In this document: one piece after another, positions 39,681 through 51,090 of the stretch
How positions within the stretch are numbered: the stretch's first letter is position 1
Layout of the letters: every line of letters starts with the position of its first letter
Program-made: the position numbers and the translations under genes
Source: the human T2T-CHM13v2.0 reference genome, Homo sapiens
DNA length: 64,000 bases
Assembly (NCBI RefSeq): GCF_009914755.1
Contig: NC_060942.1
Reading direction: 5' to 3' (one strand)
Notes under the pieces: model-generated
The model's database searches: none
Told to the model about the DNA's origin: nothing
The model's input: the letters and a program-made list of their open reading frames with translations, nothing else

Positions 39681-42318
39681 TTCTGTCTCAGAGAGCCCAC
39701 GGGAAAGACTTTCTCCTTTATGGAGGACAGTGAAATGGGGACCCCAACACCGGTTATCTTTAGACCATTGTTCAATGGACTTTACCATTTGGTCTTTAAA
39801 ATTCTCATTCCCTAAATTGTCTAAAGTTTTGGAAAGTAAATCACTCCTCTGATATTAGTTTTTCTTTGGAGCTTCTTCAATTTGCATAAGAAAACACAGA
39901 TAAGTTATGTGAGAACTGATCATAATTTCAGTCATCATGATCTCAACTTCCTACCCCCACATTGACAAGTGAAGGGCCTGACATCTAATCATTGAAATTC
40001 TGAGTGGAAACCCAGGAAATGTTTCATCTATCTGCATTTTACTTTCTTCATGTCTAGAGATAGATAATACTTAAGCAACTTTATGGGGATTTTTAAAGCC
40101 CTTTCTACTAACTTCCAGATGGGAAATAGAATGTTTTATAAAAACACTCAAATTCAGTAGGCACTGTCAGGGTGAAGCTAATATGAAAATAACTACTTGT
40201 AAGAAAATGAACATGGAGCTCCAATAGTGGCAGAAAATAATGTGTACAATGTGGATAATAAATAATACCATTAAATTCTTGTATCATTCCTGCTTTCTGT
40301 CAAGATAAAAAATGTGATATTTATTGCTTGGCCCGTAATTACTTTTATGCTTGAAACAGGAAGGAATGGAGTTGATGATACAGGAAGGTATTAGTCAAGT
40401 GTCTTTTTCTATGGGGGTGGGGGACAGGGAGGGTTTTTATTTAAAGGCAAAGCGAGTTCTTCTCATCAGCATCTCCTTTCTACCAACCACCTAAGACAGA
40501 AAGGGTTTTTGCCATTTCAGCTATTAGAAGTGATTGATTCTCTGTCATACCTTTCCGAGCTGTGTGGTTGTGAATATAAAAGAGGAAAGAGGGAAGGAGA
40601 GAGTGACCAATATTAAGGACAGGCATGAAGAACAAGGGATAGATTATTAGCTTAGAGTAATAATGATGAATTTCTCAAAACAACATTTTTTGCCTGGTTA
40701 TATAGATTATTTGCTATTACCCCAGAAACTCAGATCTTGATTTCAATCAGGATTTCAACCTCCATCTGCTCCCATTCCAACTCTAGTCCATCTTCTTCAC
40801 CTTATATGCTTTGAAGAAAATCTTTTGAAATAATTTCACCAAGAAGATTAGTTCTTTTCCAGATAACAGCTGCATGCACTATTTTGGAAAGAACTTTGAT
40901 ACCATCTTCAAACATTTGAATCCTGAAACAACTGAAGCAAAGCTCCAGAGGTAGATACAACCAGCAGTCTCACAAAAATCAGCTTCTTTACCTACAGCAC
41001 AGGCTCAATGAAAATCAAAATCTGTCCTCCATGAGTTTCCAGGCTAAAAATAAGGTACTTGCAGCTTCAGCACCTGAGGGCTTAAATCACATTTTATATT
41101 CCATAAATGTGGCCACATTGTCTCTTTTCCCTTTTGTTCTTTTTCATTTCTGACAGAAACCATTTGAAGTTTTATTTCAAATCACCTGGCTGTCGGCATA
41201 ACAAACCTTAGATTTAGATTTGCGATTGTTTAGGGGCGTGTGTGTGTTTGTGTGTGCATTCGTGTGAGCGTTTAATTAAACGGATGTGAAATGCTGTCTG
41301 AGCCGAAGGCAGTAATTTTTCTTTTATTCATTTAATGTTGCGCAGATTATGGCAAGCTTTTCATTTGTATAATCTGTCATATAATACCACTGCCTTTTAA
41401 GCATGCTGGTCTAGTCAAAGCATTCATTTAGATGGGAATAAAAGTTTAATTACTTTCTTTCACCTTTAAACATTTGTTACAAATTAATGTGGTGTCTCTA
41501 AGACACTGCCTTGAATGAACAAGATTCCCATTTTAGTCCGGGGTCTGGTTCTAAGGAGCTGTGTATGACTCTGGATAAGTCACTGTCTGCAATAGTCAGG
41601 ATAGGCTAACTGCTACCAAAAAAACCTTGCAGTTGGATTCTATTTCTTATTCAAGTAAGACTTAAATTTGGATGGTAAGATGAGGCACATATTACCTCTG
41701 ACATAAGTAAGGGAATTTTGTCGAGCATCACTTATGAGTGCTTTGGTAAAACAATAGGAGAGTAAGCTGAAAGTGCAGTATTAGAGGATTGGCTCCTCTG
41801 TCCTAGTTGTATGCAAGTCAAACACAATTTAGCAGGGAGCTTATAAAGCAATTATATACAAGGCAGCCCGTGCAACACCGAGCCATGGGAAAGACCGCCA
41901 GCATCTTGGCCTCAAAAACCAGAACCAGGCATTTGTGTGACATCAGGATTTTCATCCTCTGGCTGCTCCCTCTGCAGGACGGATTCATTTCCTCTCACTG
42001 TGGGTCAACGTTTTCCACTACGTTATTATGTAGAGACATGGTGGTGATGGCTTGATTTATGTATCATCAATCTCCATCTTCTGTGAAAGAATGGACTTGA
42101 CTGTGGGATCACCATTCCCTGCATCATGCGAAGAGATTGGATTCTGATATGGTTGAGTGTGGTTCACCAAAGCCATCAATACTAGCCAAGACACAGGGTT
42201 GCCCTATAGTCACATAAGGGATGTTGGAGGAGGTATATGAGTGGAGGGGAAGGTAGCATCGTTTTATTCTTTCCCATCTGAATTACCATCTTCCTGACAG
42301 AATGCCAAAGGTAACCAG

Positions 42319-43098
42319 TGTGAAAATTGTCGGAATCAAAATGAAGTCACTTGTGTCAAACTCTGACAAAACAGGTTCAGAGAAGGCCATGAAGTGAGTG
42401 TTCTCATGCATGATTTGCCTGGTAACAGGGACTTCCACAAGAAATTTTCCCAAACCATAGCTTTCTACAGGAGTCACACAAGGGCTGCCAGCCCCACAAG
42501 GCTAGGCAGATGCTTATGCAGAACACTCGCCCAACACCCCATCTCACAAACCCTCTTCCAAACTGCAAGGGCCTAACCTTCACTCTAAGATCACAGGTTC
42601 TATTGAGCAATTCCTAATGTTTGACAATCAGAACTCTCCAGCTCTTGTGAGACACTGTGAGCACCAATAAGTTTGATTTCAAAACAGCTTTCATAACCTC
42701 CTCTTTCCCCAATAAACCCTAACTTTTTACTTTGTTCCCAGGCTGGCAGTGGCACAAACATGTGTCACTGCAGCCCCAAACTCCTGAGCTCAAGTGATCC
42801 TCCTGCCTCAGCCTCCTGTGTAGCTGGGATTGCATGCACACACCACCATACCCCGCTAATTTTTTTATGTTTAGTAGAGATGAAGTCTCCCTTTGTTCCC
42901 CAGGCTGCTATCGAACTTCTGGGCTCAAGTGATCCTCCTACCTTGGCCTCACAAAGTATTGGAATTAAAAGAGTGAGCCACCAGGTCCGGTCCCTGGTCT
43001 ATATGTATATCCTGGGTTACAATCCTACATTTTATATATTATTTTTGAATGAAATTTGTTACTTAGAGATTAATTTCTCTTGATTTTTTATGTTGACA
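42319..43098 (+). mobile_element. MER34-family ERV1 solo LTR, split by an Alu
   Basis: tgtgaaaattgtcggaatcaaaatgaagtcacttgtgtc...aataaa...ttatgttgaca; TG...CA ends; TSD ccag/tcag. Confidence 0.8.
42730..42992 (-). mobile_element. AluJ lacking its poly(A) tail, nested in the MER34 LTR
   Basis: cccaggctgg...ctcaagtgatcctcctgcctcagcc...gtgagccaccaggtccggtc. Confidence 0.9.
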
Positions 43099-43377
43099 TC
43101 AGTACCCTATGGTTGTGCCCTCAATAGGAAGTATCCTATACTATCACCATTATCTTTCTTCCTCTCATATCAAATGTGTCTTTTCTTTGACCTATTTCCT
43201 CATATCTATGTTCTCTGCTAGGTTAATCTGATAAATGAATCCCTGCTGAAGGGTTTATGAGTAATTGTGATTTAAGGAGTTAATCTTCTCATGGGTGCAT
43301 TTCACACAAGTCTCCAATATCTTTAATTGTAGAGGAATGTTCAGTGTTTACTGGGCACTTATTATATGCAAAGGCAC

Positions 43378-43805
43378 TGTATTAGGCCATTCTGTCATTG
43401 CTATAAAGAAATACCTGAGACTGGGTAAATTATAAAGAAAAAAGGCTTTATTCGCTCATGAATCTGCAGGCTGTACAGGAAGCATGCTGTTGGCATCTGC
43501 TCAGCTTCTGGGGAAGCCTCAGGAAACTTACAATCCTGGCAGAAAGCCATGGGGGAGCAGACACATAACATAGCCACAGCAGGAGCAGGAGAGATCATCA
43601 GGGGAGATGTCACAGACTTTTAAATGACCAGATGTCAAGAAAATTCACTCATTATCATGAGGACAGCATCAAAGAGATGGGGTTAAAGCACTCATGAGAA
43701 ATCCACCCCCATGATCCAGTAACTTCACACCAGGCCCCACCTCCAACATTGGGGATTACCATTCAACATGAGATTTGTGAGGGGACACAGATCCAAACCG
43801 TATCA
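43378..43805 (-). mobile_element. MSTA-type MaLR solo LTR
   Basis: tgtattaggccattct...ggggacacagatccaaaccgtatca; perfect TSD ggcac. Confidence 0.95.
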
Positions 43806-43899
43806 GGCACTGTGCTAGATGACATAGGTAATACCATGTCAATTGAAAAATGGCTCTGCTGGCATAGGAATGAAACTTGTTGCTTCTGGCATTCAATTG

Positions 43900-44080
43900 C
43901 TAAAAAGTTCACCTTTACCACCTGAGAGGTATTATCTTTGGACAAGTTAGTTACATTTTTTAGAATGGTGGGAATAATAGTAACTACCTCATAGACTTGT
44001 TTGTGAAAGTTAAATGATATGGAGAGATATGTACAGTGCATATTAGTACAGCAACTGGCTCATTGTAAAGGGCCAATGCT
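43900..44080 (+). mobile_element. MIR
   Basis: ctttggacaagttagttac...gaataatagtaactacctcatagacttgtttgtgaaagttaaatga. Confidence 0.75.
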
Positions 44081-44400
44081 TCTTATCTTTTAAATACTTA
44101 AGCACATATAGATTTTCTCTTCTTAAGAGGATGGATTTAATCTATCTTTTTAAGCCATATTTCTAAAGTGACCTTTTGTGTTACTGCCTGTTAGAAAAAT
44201 CACTTACCACCAAAGACACATTTCACCAGCTTGAAAAATTTAACTTAGCACTGTGGAAACATTTTGTTCATATTCCCTTGGTCTTTAATTTGAAATTTTC
44301 ATCTGTAGCCTGTAGTTTGTTTGTGAATGGTTTTGGGAATGTTCTTTGGACAATTAAAGCTACTAGGACATCTACAAAATCTGTGTACCAGTGTCCCTGG

Positions 44401-44488
44401 CTCCCCCTCCTCATCTCTCTCTCTCTCTCTGTCTCTCTCTCTCTCACTCCCTACCTCCCTCCACCCCCCCCAGTCTCCCTTCCTCTCA
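44401..44488. repeat. (CT)n and C-rich polypyrimidine tract
   Basis: ctctctctctctctctgtctctctctctctc...ccacccccccc. Confidence 0.9.
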
Positions 44489-44844
44489 CTAAGTTCTATT
44501 TCAAGTGGTACTCTCTTCCTTACACACTAATTCCAAAATTATGATTGTTAGCTAATCCATTCAAGTGTAATTTGAGGACAAATGCAGACAACATTTTCTG
44601 TTAAGTTTGATCTTTTCTGTACCAACATGGCTAGAATAAAAAGAAAATCAATAAGGAAAATGAAGACTTCCTACACTGAAGTGAATCTTGGGAGACAATT
44701 TCTTTTTTTCTCTCTCGTGGGTTCTGAGCTCTGTTTTAACCATACTAAGAGAAGTATTTCACGGACGACTTCTGCTCTCAGTTCCATGCTATTTTTGATT
44801 GGTAGCAAACTATATCCTGACAATAGACCCTCCTACTAGTCCTA

Positions 44845-45050
44845 AGTAAATGCTAACATTTATGGATCATCAATTCTATGTAATGCCCTCTATATAGTTC
44901 TCTTGACAACACAGTCACATTTATTATTAACCCCTAAGACTCAGAATGATGAAGGAATTTGCCCAAAGTTGCACAGCCAGTGAGTATAAGAGCTGACATT
45001 TGGAACTGGGTTAGCTTAAATCTAAAGGACTTTCTCTTTCTCTTCTACCA
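44845..45050 (-). mobile_element. MIR
   Basis: gctaacatttatggatc...aatttgcccaaagttgcacagccagtgagtataagagctg. Confidence 0.7.
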
Positions 45051-46429
45051 TCTTTACTATTCAATATTATATTAGCCTAATATTCCAGAAAGAAAAAACA
45101 AACAAACTGCTAAATAATTTATTAAATAAGAACAGGGGATAGATCTACATACCTTGGTTATCTACTTATTTTAATAATTTTTGGCTTAAAATGAGGATTC
45201 TTTTCTTGTTTCTGGACATTATTAAAGTGAGACAAACAATAGAACTGTGAATGACCACATATACCCCTAGAACATACGTTTTCTTCAAAGAGAAAGATCT
45301 TATGAGGTCTGAGTTCTCATATGTATAAGCAAACCTATTCCTTAGAAGTGCATTGGTAGAGAACCAGGGATCTATCAACACAAGTGTCCCACTGAGTTTG
45401 TGCATGCCACTTTGTATAAAAACAGTGATAAAATTAATAGCACCAATCTCATAAGCTTGTAAGAAACAAATGAGTGAATATATTTGCAGAGTAATTAGAA
45501 CAGTACGTTGTTCCTAATAAATACTCATAAAATATTAACTATTTCAATTATTAGAAATGCAAGAAAGGTGTCTTTGTGTTTTCTGGTTGAATTTGCCCTT
45601 TTGGCAGCCACAGATTTAAAGAATCTATAGTTTTTGAAGCTGCAATAATTTAATCTTATTTGGATTTCTTCCCTGTCATCCAAATTAGCCAATTCACTAT
45701 GGTATTTGAGATTTGAATATACCCCCCAATTTTTTTTCAACAATCTAATTCTAAACTCCAGGCCTCCTTTTCATTTGCCTGTTTTGAGAAGTCCAAGTAT
45801 TTAGGAACATCTCTTTAAAATTACTAACAGTAATTTATTTCCTTTTTCAAACATTTCTTTCACCATGTACATCTTAGAGATTAAATGAAAAAAACTATTA
45901 CTTTTAACAAAGATGTCCTTGAATACCTCATCTACTCATTTCATATATAATGGAGATAATTTTTGTGTGTAAACTCAGGCACAACTAAAGAAAGCAAACA
46001 TACTTATTGAGGTTTAAATATTTTACTTCATTTTCATGCAAATTAATTTCTTCAAATTCTTAAACTTTCTCAGGCTTAGGTATTGGTTCAACCCATGGGA
46101 GTGAAGTGTTGACACAAGAATGCAAATATTGTAGAGGTGCGTGCCAGCCTGAGACTGAGATTTTACCTGGCCAGGGAAACTTACATTCCCTCTATTGCTG
46201 TACTACCCGCCACCCCCGGCCCTACTCGCAGATTTACTCTGATTTTGAGGCAAAGACTCAACACCAAAAAATGCATAGACACAACTTTCATCTTCTGATG
46301 GAGTATTTCCAGCAGTTTTTTTTTTAAACCAAGGTTACGTGCATACATAAAGAGTCTACTAGTTCTACAGGTTTGTTAAACAGCCTGTCCAGATTCCCTT
46401 CCTGATATTTTCTAAGAAATGCTGAGGTT

Positions 46430-46590
46430 AATGTTGGAACTCTAACAGTGACGACTTAGGGTCCAGATCTGGCTCTGACACTGTCTGCTGTGTATGTTGC
46501 CTCAAGGTCCTCATCAGCAAAATGGGGATAATAACACCTCCCCATGAGATCGTTTTGAAGAAAAATAAATGAGTAAATTATCAAAAAAAT
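46430..46590 (+). mobile_element. MIR
   Basis: gcctcaaggtcctcatcagcaaaatggggataataacacctccc. Confidence 0.75.
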
Positions 46591-47127
46591 CTGAAATGTA
46601 TGATCATGTATTACTAAAATTATTTAGCTTTAAAATTATATTTATTTCATTAAATATTAAATATCTTATTAAATTATTATAAAATGTATTGTTACTTTCC
46701 AGAGGATCCATTTGATATTTCCTACCATATCACTAACATGCTTAAATAGTGTTTTAGTCAACTTTCAGCGTCAGGGATTTCGTTTTATCAAAGAGGAGGC
46801 TTTTGCTCATTCCCCACTTTTGCCCCGCCATATCCACTCACCCACCCATATGCAACGCTTAATACCAACCCAGCTGCACACCACACAAACACTTGCACTT
46901 GCACATGCACTCACTTCCACCCCTAATCCTCCTAATAGAGTTGTATCATAATTTTGATTAGAACAATACTCACTATTTACATTACTATGACTCTTCACTA
47001 ATCTTTATTTACTTTTTCATTCTAAATTGTATTTGCTTAATTACCTAAGTACCTCACCCCAAATTATTTGCCAGTTCCCTAAATCTCCTTTTGCAACATT
47101 AGTTGTCACCAGGAAGGAGTCTATTAA

Positions 47128-47489
47128 TGTCATAGTCTTAGCTCAGGCTACTATAACAAATTACCAAATACTATATGGTGTAAACAACGAACATGTACTT
47201 CTCTAAGTTCTCGTGTCTGGGAAGTCCAAGATCAAAGTGCTGGCAGATGCAGTGTCTGATGAGAGCTGTTTCTGTTTTAGCAGATGGCCTTCTTGTATCC
47301 TCACATGGTAGAAAGGGAGCAAGAAAGCTCTCTGGGGTCCCTTTTATAAGGACACTAATTCCATTTATGAGGTTTCCACCTTGCACAATTTAGTGACCTC
47401 TCAAAAGCTCTACCTCTTAATCCCATCACATTTGGGGTAGAATTTCAATATATGAATCTTGGAACTACATAGATTCTCAATCCAAAACA
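47128..47489 (-). mobile_element. MLT1A0-like MaLR LTR
   Basis: caggctactataacaaattacca...gggaagtccaagatcaaagtgctggcagat...cttttataaggacactaattcc. Confidence 0.85.
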
Positions 47490-47622
47490 GCCTTCTTGAA
47501 GATTTATCTTCCAGAGCCAATTCTTAACTTGCTGCAGTTATTTTGTGATCTCTCTTCACCTCCATCCTAATGATTCTCTTTAACCCTTTCGTATGTTGGA
47601 TGTCTCATTTTCCATATCCCCT

Positions 47623-48067
47623 TGTATTAGGGCTGCTGTCCTAGGGCTGCTTTAACAGATTATGATAAGCTTGGGGACTAACAATAATTGAAATGTATTT
47701 ATTTTCAGCTATGGAAACCAGCAGTCTCAAATGGAGGTGATAGTATGCTCTCCCTCGAAGGCTCCTGGGATAATCCTCCTTTGCCTCTTCCAGCTTTTGG
47801 TGACTCCAGACATGCTTTGGCTTGCTGTTATATAACTCTAACCTCTGGCTCCCTCTTCATATGGCCTTCTCTCCTGTATCTCTGCGAAATCCGCCTCTGC
47901 CTTCCTCTAATAAGGATGTGTGTCATTGGATTTAGGGTAGCCCCTAAATCCAGGATGACCTCATCTCAAGATTCTTAATTACATATGCAATGACTGTTTT
48001 CCAAATAAGATCGCTTTCACAGGTCTAGGGTGGACATATCTGTTGGAGGGCCATGCAGCCAACTATA
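47623..48067 (-). mobile_element. MLT1B/C-like MaLR LTR
   Basis: tgtattag...ttgcctcttccagcttttggtg...gtcattggatttaggg...tccaggatgacctcatctcaagattcttaattaca. Confidence 0.85.
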
Positions 48068-48199
48068 TCTTTAGCTTCTATTCTCATTTTACTTCTTCAG
48101 TTTATTATACTTCAGAGAAAGTAGAACACTTTCTCCAATAGTTGGAGAAAAATTTACCTTGCACTTTTTTAATGAAAAAAATGCAAGGTAAATTTTCTG

Positions 48200-48780
48200 A
48201 AACATCACATGTCCAAAATGTCCTTATTTTACTTATAAATATTATTAACAATTTGTCTTGAAATAGACTTCTAGGTTGTAAATCATACTTCTTGAACGTT
48301 TTGAAGGCATTATATTCTTGTCTAGCTTAAACTAGTCTAAGCAATTTTCATGTCAGACCCTTTTTATGTGATCTTTTCCCTCTCTGGAGTCTTGTAAATT
48401 CTTTTTGCCTCAGTTCATCAGTCTTTTTAGAATCATGTAAGTACTTTTAATCTAACTGTACTAGGCTTTTCCTGGGTTTCTCAATCTGGAAAACCATGCT
48501 TTTCAGTTCTGTGAAATTTTTTTCAATTTATTGATGATTTTCTCTGTTGTTCTGATCTCTCTTTCTGGAGATCCTATTCTTCGAATGTTGGATTTTCTAG
48601 TATTGTTCTGCTTTTATTATCTTTTCTCACCTGTTTACTATTCTTTGATCTTTGTGCACTACTTTCTGAGAGATCTCTTAAGTTCATTTTCTAGCTATTT
48701 CTGCTACCATATGTTTTTAATATCTAAGAGCTCTTTCTGTTCTCTGAATGTTCCATTTTTATAGCATTATGCTCTGGGAA
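48200..48780 (-). mobile_element. Old L1M (L1ME-like) remnant
   Basis: T-rich; aatagacttctaggttgtaaatc and tcaatctggaaaaccatgcttttcagttctgtgaaattt are typical of antisense old L1 ORF1 region. Confidence 0.6.
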
Positions 48781-49219
48781 AAAATAATATTGATTTAAAT
48801 TTTATTTTGTTTTGACTTTTCTTCCCCACCTTAAACTTATGTGAATGGGCTAGGAAATAGGAATCAAGAAGCCAACCTTATGACCATGTACCTTCTGGCA
48901 ATGGGACTTTTTCTTTTTGTTTAAAACTGCATTCTATTTTCACCATCCTGCTCAAAGGTAATTTATCAAGACCATCCTACTCAGTCTGCCCATTCTTAGA
49001 GTACAGTAGAGCTTTGTCTGAGTCTCATTTAGATTCAGGGCAGAGAGACATTTGCTTTTGGTTGGTCATACCTCCTCTGGCCATTATTTTCCATTTTATT
49101 ATATCTGTTTTGCCTGAAGGGAGAGGCGGAAACTGTGATAAGCCCCAATCCCTACTTCAGGAGGAACTCTATCATTCTTATTATTTTCCCATTCAGCATT
49201 CCTTGATCAGCTTCTGATT

Positions 49220-49395
49220 TTGTATGATTTAGTAGAAAAATCAATGAACTGTGAATCAGACACATGGAAACTGGTGAAATTCTGTTATTAGTAATCTTTG
49301 AGGCTGGAGTGCAAGTAATTTAGCTCCTCTAGGTCTCAGTTTTCCTCATCTGTAAGATATAAGGAGTTGTACTAAACTGGAAGTTTCTGAGCTCA
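49220..49395 (+). mobile_element. MIR/MIR3
   Basis: gcaagtaatttagctcctctaggtctcagttttcctcatctgtaagat. Confidence 0.7.
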
Positions 49396-49466
49396 GCTAG
49401 GTACTAGTTCTTCTATAGAAGTGCCCAAACAGATTGCTACCAAGAGCAAAAAGAAATTGAGTGGCT

Positions 49467-49570
49467 TGCTGCACCTATCAAACCACCATGGCACAAGAAT
49501 ACCTGTGTATCAAACCTGCACATCTCTCCCAGAACTTATAGTAAAATTTTTTAAAAAGGAAAAAAAAAAA
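49467..49570 (+). mobile_element. Very short L1PA 3' insertion with 5' inversion
   Basis: Perfect TSD aagaaattgagtggct at 49451-49466 and 49571-49586; aaccaccatggcac...aaacctgcaca...cccagaactta plus poly(A); first 14 nt inverted. Confidence 0.92.
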
Positions 49571-50736
49571 AAGAAATTGAGTGGCTCTCACTCCCTTCTC
49601 TCTCCAGTCACAGAAGGACACTTTTATCTGTTTCTACCTAAGTGCCTAAAACTTTTGTTGTCTGATTGATATTTTTCTGGAGACCAGGCTTTCCTGTCCA
49701 AGAAATTGTTTTAAAATCATCCGGTCTTAGTGGTTTCAATGTTTCTGTCTCTAAATTCTGTGAATTGATATGATACTTTTGTCTTCTTGCCTTTAAGACT
49801 TGGAGCATGAAGGACCTACATGATGACTGCTGATCTATAGCATTTATGAGTACACTAACAATCTCTTTCATAACATGACATGTGGTTTCTTCTGTAGTTC
49901 TCGAACTGGACTGTGTATGGTGCTGCAGAGTCTTGGCAAACAGCTTAAATTAATAAAGAAATATGGAACAGCCAGGAGGTCCCACACTGAAGGCTTCAAA
50001 AAGATTATTATGGTTCTGACAGCATAGAAATTGTTCTTAACTTCTTAAAAACCATAGAATACCTCAGCAGGCAGATACTTGCAGATTAATAATCACTTTA
50101 CAGCACTGTTGGAGATCAGTTATCCATCATCGCAATATGGACTATATCGCCGGAGAGAATTTTAGGAGGTTTGAATGCAGAATGCACGGCAAATACAGCA
50201 CTAAAAGAGTTATTTCTTCCATCTTATGAAATGTATTTTAGTCTAGCAGATAAATTGTGTTATTAGACATTTTTATGCACTGTCTGGCTGTGTACTGACA
50301 TCAACAGCTTTTATCCACTCCCCACCCCAATTACAAAATACAGGAGAGCAAATGGCAACTCTTCTTGAGTACCAGGAGACCTGTTGTACACGTATTATGA
50401 GGGTTTCATTTGGTATATTTTATTATATTCCAGTGTAATTTCCAGAATAAATTAAGGTGTTAACAAATAACTAGAGTTCAAAGGGCAGAAAACATTGTTT
50501 CAATGACAGAAAGAGAATATGGTTAAACATGCAAAGCAACCTCTTTTAAATTCAAAGAATAATTCAACAGTGGAATATGATCTGTGAAATTAATCAAAAA
50601 TAAAATAATTTTTATTTGAAAAACAACTATATTTTTAGATCATAAATATCATATAATTTTTATGATAAAAAAAGCATGCAGAAAAGAAAACAAAGACACT
50701 GGTATGTTTCTATCCTTTCCCAGCTGATATTTATTT

Positions 50737-50870
50737 ATTTTGTTTTATTTTAGTTTTAGAGACAGGGTCTTGTTCTGTCACTTGACAGACAGCATTCGTG
50801 CAGTCATAGCTCACTGTAACCTTGAATTCCTAGTCTCAAGAGATTCTCCCACCGCAGCCTCCTGAGTAGC
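50737..50870 (-). mobile_element. Truncated Alu monomer (FLAM or AluJ arm)
   Basis: gagacagggtcttgttctgtc...tcatagctcactgtaaccttgaa...gcctcctgagtagc; TSD gatatttattt. Confidence 0.85.
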
Positions 50871-50921
50871 GATATTTATTTTATCGCCTTATTTTTCAAG
50901 ATTATAGATACAGTTTAGATC

Positions 50922-51090
50922 ACAGTATTTTAAACTTTAGTGAGCATCAGTATCACCTGCAAGACTTACTAAAGCCAGATGAAGAGCATCCCATGGTTAC
51001 TGATTCAGAACCCTGGCCAGCGTTTAGAAACAGGTCTTCAAGAGGGTCCAGTTTATAACATGATCCAACTAATGCCGTAATGTTTACTGA
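50922..51090. mobile_element. MER5A-like fragment
   Basis: aaactttagtgagcatcagtatcacctgcaagacttactaaagccagat. Confidence 0.55.
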
